Shown here one piece after another: positions 41,952-54,663 of a stretch of 64,000 nt of DNA. The DNA is from Octopus vulgaris (Eukaryota). The notes under the pieces are model-generated. The model was not told the DNA's origin, ran no database searches, and saw only the letters and a list, made by a program, of their open reading frames with translations. Position numbers and translations under genes: made by a program. Every line of letters begins with the position of its first letter. The stretch's first letter is position 1. The DNA lies in assembly GCA_951406725.2 (NCBI GenBank), contig OX597837.1, positions 16,616,001 through 16,680,000 of the forward strand, read 5' to 3'.

Positions 41952-42691
41952 TAAGGTGTTCAGGCTAAATTTGTCAGTTTGCATGAAAGGAAAAGCGAAG
42001 GCTCCAGAACTAGGTGCATGTGTTTCACTGAATCCCTGGGAAGATCCTCAAACACCTCCTTGATCTTGGCAACCAAGTCAGGCTTGGTAGTGCAGGTAGA
42101 GTGGTTGGTACTTTTCTCAATCACACCCTACATAGTAATCTATGGGATCATAATTAGGGGAATTAAGAGGCTAGAAATCAGAGCTGGCAAAGTCATAGAA
42201 ATTCTCTGACAACCACTTCTGATTCTTTCTAGATGTATGGCAAGGAGACAAATCCTGCTGCTACCATCTCAACCAGGGTTGGAGCACAGTCTCCAGCAAC
42301 ATCACATAGCCATCTGAATTGAGCTTAAGGCCCTGTTCAAAGATGTAGAGCAGTACAATGTCTTCTCCACTGGACACACAACCAAACACCATCACAGTTT
42401 GGGGAGAACTCAGTTTTCAAGATGTGCATGTTATGTCTTACAATCTTTACAATATTCCCAGAGTATTGAGCATCAGTCATGATGTCAGCATTTTGATATC
42501 CAGTACAAGCCATCATGATACATTTAACTCTTTACCAGTATTCAAATGACTTCCAGTCCTCCATATCAGCTAACTTTTTCTCAACTACATCTTTAACCTT
42601 TATGCTCTTCAATGCCATTGAATGCCCACCAATACATTAAGCTGTTTCTTCAGGAACAGCTTAAGTATGATGATTTAACCTGAACACCATG
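41952..42691 (-). mobile_element. DD37D (maT) family transposon, internally deleted
   Basis: TIRs ggtgttcaggctaaat / atttaacctgaacacc; minus strand VMVFGCVS and QQD-37 residues-DYYV. Confidence 0.8.
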
Positions 42692-43024
42692 TATGGATGG
42701 ATGGATTGGTAGATAGATGAATAACGTAGATCTGTCATGATCCTCGTGACTCCTGAAGCCAGACTGGCATTACAACCCTCTCCTCTAAACAGGGTGCCGA
42801 TCTGTTGTGAAGTTAATGCCCTAGCTATTGCTGAAACTAATTAACAGGTGAGTGAATTGAAGCAATAGGAAATGAAGTGTTTTATTCAAGACAGCAACAC
42901 ACCACCTGGTCTGGGAATCAAAACCAGGATCCCATGACTGTGAGTGCAAAACCCCGCTAGTTACAGGCCATATGCCTTCACAGATTGATAGATAGAACAG
43001 AAGAAATATTCAGGTTTAGGTTAC

Positions 43025-43219
43025 CTTTTGCCCCACACTGCTTGGAATAAAAGGTTTAAGGGGTTTCAAAGGCTTCCGCTTCTCCTCACCAGTTTTGTGT
43101 TTTGATAGGGTAATACCCGATGGTACTTTAAAAGGGTTGACTGTAAAATAGTCCTCTGGATGCATGTTTAACCTAAAAGGTCCATTCTTCATTAACGTCT
43201 TGTGATGCTTATATTCTTT
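43025..43219 (-). CDS. CFAP96: CFAP96 exon: KEYKHHKTLMKNGPFRLNMHPEDYFTVNPF...FIPSSVGQK
   Basis: ttctctttcag acceptor and AG|GTAACC donor, 195 nt, phase 0 to 0; resembles recalled HHRLLKGAPFKLNLHPRDYFDANPY. Confidence 0.9.
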
Positions 43220-44489
43220 CTGAAAGAGAATAAAAATAAATAGATAAATAAAAAGAACAATATTGAGCATCAAACTATAATTAACTAATTTAAATTTATT
43301 TTAGATTTCTAATAAATTCTGTTTTGCATAAATAGTAATTATCTAATCATACAATCAACAAATGTATTTTTAGTGTATATTTAGCCCAGCTATTACAGTT
43401 AAGTCTACCTAGTCAGTCATTGGTTAGCATTTATCACATGTATATCATTGTTTTGTTTGCAGGTGTGTAGCTTTTGGCAAACACACATACTTTACTGATA
43501 GAGTTTGCTCAGTCTCATCATTGACTGGCACAAGATGTATACCAGGTATCTTTTATTGATTACTTGTTTCACTATGCTTCCCTACAATCATTCTTTCTCT
43601 CTCTCTCTCTCTCTCTCTCATTATATTACCAATGTAATAAGGGAGGGTATCATGTTGGAATTATGTGTATTAGATCCTTGCTTAACACCAACATTTTTAT
43701 ATTGCTGACTATCACTCTTTTTTTTGCCATTAAGCCATCACCTGCTATTCAATAGTGACATCCTCTTACCATCACCCATCTTCAATGCTATCCATCACTC
43801 TGTCATATTACTTCCTCCTCTATTACTCATTGTTGACAATCATCACTATCTCTCTCCCATAACACTCTTTATCATGTACCTTCTCACCATCACTTCCTCT
43901 CATTTCCAGCACTGTGTCTTCTATCACCCAATCTCCCTATTATTACTCTCTTTACTCCTCATTAGATAACTCATGCAGTTTCTATTGAATATCCTTACCA
44001 GCAACTATTATGCAGCTGTCTATCACTGTCTCTCTTCCTTTATTCTCTCTCATGTCACCCTCTCACTCCTGTCACTCTGATTCTTCTCCATTACTTTGTC
44101 TCCTCCATTTGTCAGGCATGAAACAACACTCTTGTGTTAATGATTGAACAAATTAAAACAGCACAGGTTAGCGACAACTCTTAAGCCTTGCAAGTTTTGG
44201 TGTTATGATAAAATGTATCTAGTACACACTGTAGACTGGTTAGCAAAAGAAAAGGAATTAAGCTGTAGAAATCTTGTTCAAAATAGAATATAAGAGGAAG
44301 ATGTGATTCCAGATCCATCTAAGACAGTAATATCTTCAGTATGAACTGATATAAACAGGAAAAGTTTGCCATAGCTGTGCCAGCATGGAAAAGCCAAATG
44401 TAAAATGAAGATGTCAAGGAGGTTGACTTGAGCCACAGCCTACAAGTACAAATTTGCCTTAAGAAAGTCACCTTGTTGAATCATGAATT

Positions 44490-44797
44490 TCACATTATAG
44501 TTTCCATTAAGACAGATTCCTATCTGACTCACAAGTTCCATATAGTTTCTATTAAACCAGACACCTAGCCAACACACATCTTTCATATTATAACTTCTGT
44601 TAAGACAGACTCACAGCCAACTTGTGACTGATGTATTATAGTTTTCATTAGGACAACCTTTTAGCTGACTCAAAACTTTGTAAGTATTATTGTTTCTATT
44701 AAGACAGACTCCTAGCCTACTCAAGGTTTACATATTATAGTTTCCATGAAGACAGACTCATAACCAACTCATGACCTACATATTATAGTTTCCATTA
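44490..44797. repeat. Minisatellite of about 48 bp (continues at 46081-46170 after an RTE insertion)
   Basis: Unit catattatagtttccattaagacagactc.tagccaactcatgactta, about eight copies in total. Confidence 0.85.
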
Positions 44798-46081
44798 ACC
44801 AAAGTTTTAGTAAGTAAGAAGGTAGACAAATCACAAACCCCTTCAGGTAGATGGCCCTGCATGATCTGTAGAAAAGGTGTAGGTAGAAACTCCATTAGAT
44901 GTACTCTGTGTAAGCTATGTACACATAAAAGGTGCAGCAATAGCAGAGAAAGGTTAACAGGGAATATAGCTTTTGTGTTTGGAAGATGCACAGGTACAAT
45001 AAAAACAGAAAATGTACAGAAAACAGACTCCATCAACTGCTAGTGGGAGAAACTAGAGGTAGTAGATAGCTTCCGTTATCTTGGTGACCAAGTCAGTAGC
45101 AGAGGTGGATGCTCCAAGAGTGTAGCTGTGAGAATAAGAATAGGCTGGGCAAAATTCAGAGAGCTCTTACCTCTACTGGCAACAAAGGGCCTCTTCCCTC
45201 AAAGTGAAAGGCAGATTGTACAATACATGTGTGCAAACAGCTATGCTACACAACAGTGAAACATGGATTGTGACAGCCGAGGACATGTATGGGCTTGAAA
45301 GATATGAAGCTAGTATGCTTCGCTGGATATGCAATGTCAGTGTGCATGTATGACAGAGTGTAAGCATCTTGAGAGAAAAGTTAGGCATAAGCGGCATGAG
45401 ATGTGGTGTGCAAAAGAAACGATTGCACTCATATGGTCATGTGATGCATATGGATGAGGACAGGTGTGTGAAGAAGTGTTGATCTCTAACTGTGGAGGGA
45501 ACTTGTGGTAGAGGTATATACAGGAAGACATGGGATGAGGTGGTGAAACATGATCTTTGAATGTTGGGCCTCACGGAGGCAATGACTAGTGACTGAAACC
45601 TTTGACAATATGCTGTGCTTGAGCAGATCCATCAAGCCAAGTGAAATTGTAGTCGTGGCTGATGCTGGTGTCACGTAACTGGCACCCATACTGGTGGCAC
45701 GTAGAAAGCACCTTTCAAATGTTGGGCCTCACAAAGGCAAGGTGCTAGTGGCTTGTGAAAAGCACCTTTTGAGTGTTGAGTCTCACAGAGGCAATGATGA
45801 ATGACCGAGATCTTTGGCTGTGCTTGAGAAGAAAACCCATCGAGCCAAGTGAAATCACAATCAGAGCAGATTCTAGTGTCATACAAATGGCACCAATGTC
45901 AGTGGCATCTAAGAGCACCCATTACACTCTCAGAGTGGTTGGCATCAGGAAGGGCATCCAGCCATAGAAACCATACCAAATCAGACTGGAGCCTGGTGCA
46001 ACCTTTCAGCTTGCCAGACCTAGTCAAATAGTCCAACCCATGCTAGCATGGGCAATGGATGTTAAATGATGATGATGATGA
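44798..46081 (+). mobile_element. RTE LINE, 5'-truncated, PHD-containing family
   Basis: CMIC..C..C....H..C finger, LEVVDSFRYLGD, SETW, UTR and (GAT)n tail. Confidence 0.9.
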
Positions 46082-47776
46082 TTAAGACAACTTTCTAGCC
46101 AACTCATGACTTACATATTATAGTTTCTATTATGTCAGACTCCGAGCCAACTCATTGCTTACATATCATAAGCAATCTTACTCCATTAAGCTAGACTGCT
46201 ACCAGAAATATGGTTTCTGATTTCTATTAGCAGACTGTATGGTTGTTGGATATTAAAGTTCAGAGAGGGGTACAACAGATCAACAAATGGTTCACTACTT
46301 TCAATTTACTTACATTAACTTCATGCCAAAGTGAACTTTATTTATAGAACTCAACATATATTGGCATCTACCTTTAGTTTTAGACATTTTTTAATGGATG
46401 TTTCTTCAGTTATTTCATTGCTAAAAATTTTAAACCATAGACCAACCAGTTCACATTGAATTTAATGACCTTGTTTGTCCTTTATCTTTTACTTGCTTCA
46501 GTCATTATACTGCAGCCACGAGAAAGCACCACCTTGAAGGGTTTAGATGAACAAATCAATCCCAATACTTATTTTTTAAAAACCAGGTACTTATTCTTAT
46601 GGTCTATTTTCGCTGAAGTTATGGAGACACAAACAAACCAGCACCAGTTGTTAAGCAGTGATAGGGTCAAACACAAACATAAAGACATGCACACATGAAT
46701 ACACACAGACACACACACACGGGTATGTATATATACATTATTTTTAACGCATGTGCCTGTTAGTTTACCATATAAGTGTCTGTATGTACTCATGTGAACT
46801 TCATTACGTATATCTGTTAGTCTGGAAGTGAGCGTTTATGAGTATATATGTGTATGTTTATGGGTATATATGTATATATTTACATCTATGTGTACCTCTG
46901 TACAGTGGTGAATTGGCCAGGTTGCCAGCTTGCCCGATGGCAAGTGGACCCCTGCACCATTAGAATTCATATATGAGAGCCCATGTTAGTATCTAAGGAG
47001 CCAATCCCCTTAAATTTGAGAATTTTTTATTCACTCCTGGAAGAATGCATCATGTCAGCTTGGCTGTGTTTATAGACAGTGAAAAGAATACTTTTAACAA
47101 AAAAAAAAAGAAACATTAAATGATAGCACTGTAGTTGGGAAGGGCTGATGCCCCCTCTGTTGTGGCAAGACCCCTGCTTCTGTCTCTCTGTCATACTCTA
47201 ACCTTTCATCCTCTGATATAAGTTCCCCTCCTCAAATGCCCTGCCCCTCTCATAATTCCTTGTCCTGTGAGTTACTTGGTTATTCTGCCAGTGCTGGTGC
47301 CACATTAAAAGCAGCCAGCCCACATTGTAATGTGGTTGGCATTTGGAAGGGCATCCAGCTGTAAAAATCAGGCCAAAACTAACTTTGCCTGTGCTAGTGT
47401 CACATAAAGTGCACTGAATCCTCTCTGTGGAGTGGTTGGTGTTAGAAAGGATATCCAAGCATAAATCCCTGCCAAAACAGCCACAGAAGCCAAAGGTAGG
47501 TTTTTTACCTTGCCAGCTCCTGTTAGCCATCCTACCCATGGAAGATAGATGTCAAACAATGATGATGATGATATATATAGTTTTATTTCAAGATTTCTTA
47601 CTAATAGAGAAAGAGCCAGTTTCTAACCTAGATCCAAGGCTCCTTCATTGGAATTTCAACATCAACAACAAAGTATATTCGTATGCGTGTATGTATACAT
47701 GCAGTTTTGTATGCTTTGTTTTATGTATATCTTCTCATGCATATATTTGCATATCTAGACATGTGCATATATACTT

Positions 47777-48035
47777 AAGTGATAAACTTCAAGAAAGTTT
47801 TGCAGATTTTAACAGTTCAAACGAGGGATTGGATCTATAGTCTTCGAATCAACTTTCTCCTTTCTGGTTTTGGGAAGCCTAATTTCTCAAAATTGGTATT
47901 TAGGCAGTGTGTTACATATCCCGGTGCTCCAATAATTACAGGTATAAACCTGAGCTCGTAAACTGAACTCGATAGAATAACTGCAGATTTCTCAATAGTT
48001 CAACATAGGTATTCTCTTTTGCACTGATCTTCAGA
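47777..48035 (-). mobile_element. R4/Dong-like LINE 3' fragment
   Basis: Minus strand KENTYVELLRNLQL..FIPVIIGAPGYV..TVKICKTFLKF, homologous to 3120-3240. Confidence 0.7.
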
Positions 48036-48497
48036 TGTATGTATGTATGTATGTATGTATGTATGTATGTATGTATGTATGTATGTATGTATGTATGTGT
48101 GTGTGTGCATGTGTGTGTGTGCGTGTGTGCGTGTGCGTGTGTGTGTGTGTATATATGTATGTATGTGTGTGTATGTATGTATGTATGTATGTATGTATGT
48201 GTGTATGTATGTATGTATGTATGTATGTATGTATGTATGTATGTGTGTGTATGTATGTATGTGTGTATGTGTGTATGTGTGTATGTATGTATGTATGTGT
48301 ATGTATGTATGTATGTATGTGTGTATGTGTGTATTTATGTGTGTATGTATGTGTGTGTATGTGTGTATGTGTGTGTGTGTATGCATGTGTGCATGCATGC
48401 ATCCATGTTTGTATGTATGCATGCATGCATTATGTATGCATGTAATGCATGCGTGCATGTATGTATGCATTCATACATGCTTGCATGTATGTATGTA
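48035..48497. repeat. (ATGT)n/(GT)n/(ATGC)n microsatellite
   Basis: Directly visible. Confidence 0.95.
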
Positions 48498-48776
48498 GGA
48501 TAGGCTTCTTTCAATTTCCACCTACCAAATTCACTCACAGGGTTTTTGTTGGCTCAGAACTATAGTAGAAGACACTTGCCTAGAGTCCCACACAAGAGAT
48601 GGATGAGGAATGGGGCTTTCTGTGAAAAAAACAAACAAACAGAAGATGAGACTAAAAATTAATCTTCTTTGTTATTCTCTTTTTTGGTTAGAAAAGTTTT
48701 GAGTGTAAACCTGCTCTAAACAGGAATGTTCAACTGTTTTTTTGTGTAGTATAACCAGATCACTTCAAATACTAAC

Positions 48777-48852
48777 CATATAGTCAGCTTTACATTCTGA
48801 GATAGGATTAGACAAATACTTTGGATAAGGATTGAGTGTAACCTCAGCATAG
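48777..48852 (-). CDS. CFAP96: CFAP96 exon: (G)YAEVTLNPYPKYLSNPISECKADYM
   Basis: ttttttag acceptor and G|GTTAGT donor, 76 nt, phase 2 to 0; joins both neighbouring exons in frame. Confidence 0.82.
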
Positions 48853-48898
48853 CTAAAAAAGAGAAAATATATCATATACATTATATATGTAAACTGAC

Positions 48899-48965
<67 letters not shown>

Positions 48966-50141
48966 TTAAGCAAGATCATATATAAATAAAATAAAAGAAA
49001 TCACACACTGAATATGCAAAGAGCAGCTTGCACTTCCCCCCACACCCCCACCTTAACTCTAACTCTCCCCTGATATAAATATTCCCAGCACTCTTCTATA
49101 TCACCCTTGGCCTGAACAGCCACTCTCAGACACCGGCAACCTGCACACTCATCTAGATGAAGAGGCTCAATCACTGGCTATAGATCTGCTACTTGAATAC
49201 AAGTTAATGCTGACAATATACATAGAGTTATTTCTATCATACTCACCTGATGAAATGCATCTGCCAGGATGGCTGAATAGTAGTAATTAACACACATTGT
49301 TGTTTGTAATATGTCCAGTGATGAACTGCTGGTTGTGATGCATCAAAACAATTGTATTGGTCTGTAATAAAGCACGATCAACCCATTTTCTCTTTATAAA
49401 CTCTATGAATATTTACAGATTTCCACATGTACATCCAGTGAAAGGCTATCTCCATAAAACTGGAAAATACAGAAATCCAGGACACGTCCAATTCCAAGCT
49501 CACTGGATAACTGGTCTGGTATTGTATTGGATTGTCAGATAAGTTTCTTTGTTTTTTTTTTTCTATTTATTTTAATCCTTTCAAATGTTATTTAAATTAT
49601 CATGAAAAATATTTTAACATAGTGTTTTATGATCTTTTTTTAGCAGCTCCATTTTCCCCCCTAAAACTTTTGGTTATCATTTTTGAAATTTGAATAAATT
49701 TTACTTTATTTCAGAAATATGATCTGGGATATGAATAAGGATAAAAAAACCCAAGAAATTGAATGCATTTATCTGGCAATCCAGTGTATCTAAATTTGTA
49801 GAACTATGCAAGCCATTCAAACGCAGATTAATAATTAAATTAATATTTTCATTGTAGTATTTTCTTTTTCTTTTTAGTGCCATTCTTCCTCTAGAACTTT
49901 TATTTATCATTTTTGATATTTGAATAAGTTTTACCTTATTGCAAAAATATAATGATAGGGTGTAAAAAGAAAACTATTTTCTGTACAGTATAGTACAAAT
50001 TATTGATCAAATAAATTCAGAGGAATACTCCCTACTACCAACATACACAATCCCACACCATTAAGAAAAGCAATAACCCTGAAACAAATCTCAGTTGAAC
50101 AATCAATCATTCATTTAATTTTTAAAATGTTTATAACTCAC

Positions 50142-50279
50142 CCATAACCAGTGCCTTTTTTTGGTGGATTCGTGAAAATATTTCTTAAAGATGGTTTGAA
50201 GGGTGGTGCAGGCTTTGGTGTTGGACTCAGAGCAGGAACTGGACCACCAATTGTTCCATAGTAAGAACCAACTCCACAA
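50142..50279 (-). CDS. CFAP96: CFAP96 exon: (S)CGVGSYYGTIGGPVP...NIFTNPPKKGTGYG
   Basis: cttcag acceptor and GG|GTGAGT donor, 138 nt, phase 2 to 2; GSYYGTIGGP and TNPxKKGTGYG are recalled UPF0602 signature motifs. Confidence 0.93.
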
Positions 50280-50629
50280 CTGAAGCAAATAATATATGAT
50301 AATAATAAACATCTGATAAATTATAAAAACTGATCTAAGGGAAATTACTCTAGACAGCCACTATCGATTTCGAAAATTCACGTTTGTAGTAATAGAATTA
50401 TTTCCCTTGGTTCTGGGTTCAGTACTACGATGTGACACCTTCCGCAAGCGTCTTCTACCATAACCTCGGCCTGACCACAACTTTATGAGAGGATCTGATA
50501 AATAGATACTGAAAGAAGCCTGTCACTCACTCACTCACATACATACATACATACATACATACATACATACATACATACATACATACATACATACATACAT
50601 ACATACATGTGTGTGTGTGTGTATAAAGA

Positions 50630-50850
50630 AGCAGTTGTGATCGATAAGAAAGGTGGTAGTAGTACCAATAATTGTCGGCGCCCTGGGAACAGTGAGTAAA
50701 AATCTTGAGATATACATGGAACAAATAGGGGTTGTAATAAGGGTGGAGCACTTGCAGAAAACAGCTCTGCTTGGAACCACTCAAATACTCTGGAAGGTCC
50801 TCGAAAAATAAGAGGTGTAGTACATCTCCAGCGTTAGAAGCTGTGCAAAG
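50630..50850 (+). mobile_element. R4/Dong-like LINE extreme 3' fragment
   Basis: VVVVPIIVGALGTV...LQKTALLGTTQILWKVL. Confidence 0.78.
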
Positions 50851-50931
50851 GCAATGATGATGATGATGATGATGATATCAAAAAAATTCCTCAGGAATAA
50901 GAACCCATGATTGGGTTCAAAATTCTGCCAG

Positions 50932-50980
50932 GATACCTGATGAAGGCTGAAGAGTAAATCAGCTGAAACATTGTGGTAAC
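50932..50980 (+). ncRNA. Degenerate hammerhead-like motif in a probable Penelope-like repeat
   Basis: GAUAC-CUGAUGA-A-GGCUG..CAGCU-GAA-ACA-U-UGU-G-GUAAC; G at the cleavage position suggests it is inactive. Confidence 0.4.
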
Positions 50981-51159
50981 AACGAAGAAGATGAGGACAC
51001 ATATCCGTCCAATGTAAATAATGTAAATAATGTACAGAATTCCCCATCTCAAAAATAAAAAAAACAGTATTCTATAACCGTGTATGGTCAAAGGATGGAA
51101 GTTGTAACTAAATTCATTTATTGAAGAAGTACTTTGAGCACTGCTGGTTTTGATGAAAT

Positions 51160-51850
51160 TTTATGTAGTATCAGCAAAGCTAGTAGTGCTTTTGGTAGGC
51201 TTGACAAGTGTCTCTGGTCATACCATAGAATATCTTTCCAAAGTTAGGATTTATAGCACATGTGTCCTGCCATCATTGTGTTATCTGGAAGGGAGAAATG
51301 GGTTGTTTATCATAGGTATTTAAGGCATTTGGAACAATATTATCAATATTGTCTTAAGAAAATTTTTGGGATTAATTGGAAAATGGCCATCAGTGATGTG
51401 GAGGTATTTTAGAGAAGTGGTTGTTGGAGTGTAGAATCAATGATTCTACAAAGTCGTTTGAGGTGGGGTGGACATCTGGTAAGAATGAATGGTGAAAGAC
51501 TTCCCAGGAACTTTTGTATGGTTAGCTGGAAGATGGTAGAAGACCAGCATGTAAACCCAAAATGAAGTTCAAGGACTGCCTCAGAATTATTCTGACACAG
51601 ACAGGTGTTTCAGTTGTTGATTGGGAAAGCGAAGGACAAGACTAAAATGGACAGTGGAAAAGAATGCACAATGGTTGTTTGAATATTGAAAGAGGGAGAA
51701 TGAAGCACAAGAAGATTAAGAGAAGTCTTAGAAAGAATGAACCTGTGGAAAATGAGGGAGTGTTGCTTTTTATGTGTTTAATTTGTGGGAGGAAATGCTT
51801 GAGTTGTGCAGACCTGATCAGCCATCAGAGAACTCACAGGAGTCAACCCA
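51160..51850 (+). mobile_element. BovB-like RTE 3' fragment with C-terminal C2H2 finger, decayed
   Basis: KASSAFGRL, RLRWGGHLVRM and CLICGRKC...SHQRTH. Confidence 0.75.
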
Positions 51851-52909
51851 TTGTAAATTGTGATATGGCTATAGTACACAACAGAGCATGTGCAACCCTG
51901 TGGAAAGGTGTGCCTTTCAGATATGTGTGTTTAACTCTGAAAGGCTCTGAAATGATGCATCCTCAAGAAAAACAAATTTGAATTTCAAAATCTGCATCCC
52001 AAAGAGAATGTTGTCTGTAAATAATAATATAAAAATATAAATTTCAATGAGAAATAATTTGACTTTTAGATCTGCAAATCTCACACTATCTATCTATCAC
52101 CATCAATCCATATCTCTTTATATATTCATCACACACTTTGTCACTCTCTCTCTCTCCCCATATATGTGCATTATCCTTCACACATTGCTTTCAATTTGTT
52201 TAAAACTTCATCTACTAATGTTTACTTTTATTCTATGACAGCTATCATGTACAAATCCTGTTTTCTGATTGGGTAAAAATGATCAAACGTTAAACCTTTG
52301 TAATATTTTTCTAAAATTTTTCTGCAGTAAATAAATCACATACTTGGATTCAGTATGAAAATGTACATCAATATACGAAAATTTGAGAATTTCCAATTAA
52401 TTTTAAAATTTCAAAATCTGCAGCAGCAACAGAAAAGATCTCTCTCTTTCCATTTTTCTGTCTCTTTCATTTTCTCATGATATATTTTCTCATTCTCTAT
52501 AACGCATATCATTCATGCTTAGTGCATGTGTTTGTTAGTGTGTGTGTGTGTAAGGAATTTCATTAGAGTGACACTGATTTTAAAAAGGTATGTAAAAGAT
52601 AATTTATTTTAATAGCATATAGTATATGTTTTTCTTACACACACGCACACACACACACTCACCTGGTGCAGTTTGTGGGGAGGTTTAAAAATTTAATTAC
52701 AAATTTTGTTTTGTTGTTGATTATATCCCAGTAATGGATCATTGCATCATCATTCCATAAAATGTGTTTATGTGGAGAAAAATATTGAAAAACATCAGCA
52801 TATGTCAGGGTGCCAAAAAAAAAATGAGGAAGATATCAAGTGGTCATGAGATCTGCTAGAAACAGCTACATCTCCCTTAAACCTCTCAACTTTACATCTG
52901 AAAATTATT

Positions 52910-54663
52910 TTGATATTGTATGGTTATCTGGTGGGTGATGTGGAAACTGGGGATTGATGAGTGCTTAACAAGAACTGTACAGGCCTTGTAAAGGGATGTT
53001 GTCAGTAAAGTAAGGGCTGGCAATGAGTATAGCGAAGAAATCCGGGTAGATGTAGGGGTTCACCAAGGATCAGCCCCCAGCCCCCTCCTATTCATCATAG
53101 TCCTCCAGACAATAACAGAGGAATTCAAGACAGGCTGCTCCTAGGATCTCCTCTCTGCTGATGACTTTGCTCTCATAGCAGAACCACTACCAGAACTAGA
53201 GAAGAAATTTCAGGTGTGGAAGTAAGGTTTAGAATTGAAGAGCCTTAGAGTCAATGTTGCAAAAAACAAAGTCCTAGTAAGGCAAACACATCACAAACCC
53301 CTTCAGGTAGACAGCCCTGCTCGATCTGTAGAAAAGGTGTAGGTAGAAACTCCTAAGATGTACCCAGTATAAGCTATGGACACATAAGAAGTGCAACAAC
53401 ATCAAAGGAAGGTTAACTGGGAAGATAGCTTTTGTGTGTGGCAGATGCACAGGGGCAATAAACACCACAGATGCTCAGAAAACTGGCTGCATCACATGCC
53501 AGTGAGAGAAACTAGTAGTAGTTGATAGCTTCCACTACCTAGGTGACCAAGTCTGTAGTGGGTGGGGGGATGCTCAGAGAGCATTGCCACTAGAATAAGA
53601 ATAGCCTGGACAAAGTTCAGAGAGCCCTTACCTCTACTGGTGACAAAGGGCCCCTTGCTCAGAGTGAAAGGTAGACTGTACAATGCATGTGTGCAAACTG
53701 CCATGCTACATAGCAGTGAAACATGGGCTGTGACTGTTGAAGACATGCATAGTCTCGAAAGAAATGAAGCTAGTATGATCCACTGGATGTGTAATGTCAG
53801 TATGCACACATGACAGAGTGTAAGCACCCTGAGAGAAATGTTGGACACAAGAAGCATCAGAAGTGGTGTGCATGAGAGACGTCTGCATTTGGATGGTCAT
53901 GTGATGCATTGTGATGAAGAGAGGTGTGTGAAGTGTTGATCTCTAACAGTGGAAGGAACCTGTGGAAGAGGGAGACCCAGGAAAATGAAATGGTGAAGCA
54001 TGACCTTCAAGTGTTGGGCCTCACAGAGGCAATGACAAAAGACTGAGACCTCTGGTGATATGCTGTGATTGAGAAGACCTGGCAAGTAAAGTGACATCAC
54101 AGCCATAGCCTACACCAGTGTCACATAACCAGCCCATTTAAAAAGTACCTTTGAATCATCAGGCGACATTCCATGCTTGAGGAGACCTATTGAGTCAAGT
54201 AAATGCAAATCAAATCAAATCACAATCAAATGGAAATTGTAATTGTGGCCATTATCACTGCTGGTGGCATGCGATAAGAACCATTCATTCATGCGTGGGA
54301 CACTGCCAGATCTGCCTGACTAGTTCCCTGTGCCAGTGGCACATAAAAAGCACCATCCGTATGTGGTCGATGCCAGCCCCCACCCCATCCCGTCCTGACT
54401 TGCTCCTGTGCTGGTGGCACATAAAAAGCACCATCCTAATATGGCTGATGCAAGTGCCACCTGACTGGCTCCCATGCCGGTGGCATGTAAAAAGCACCCG
54501 CTACACTCTCAGAGTAGTTGGCATTAGGAAGAGCATCCAGCTGTAGAAACATTGCCAGATCAGACTGGAGCCTGGTGTGGCCTCCTGGCTTGCAAGTTTC
54601 CAGTAAAACCGTCCAACTCATGCCAGCATGGAAAACAAACATTAAACGATGATGATGACGATG
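52910..54663 (+). mobile_element. RTE LINE, PHD-containing family
   Basis: VGVHQGS, ADD, Cys/His finger at about 53318-53448, RIRIAWTKFRE, LHSSETW, UTR units and (GAT)n tail. Confidence 0.9.

Noticed and set aside
43463-43545. + strand exon-like segment antisense to CFAP96
   Set aside because: Only splice-like signals; no recognisable coding content or partner exons.
51664-51981. Zinc-finger transcription factor ORF
   Set aside because: The single C2H2 finger is the C-terminus of a decayed BovB-like RTE.
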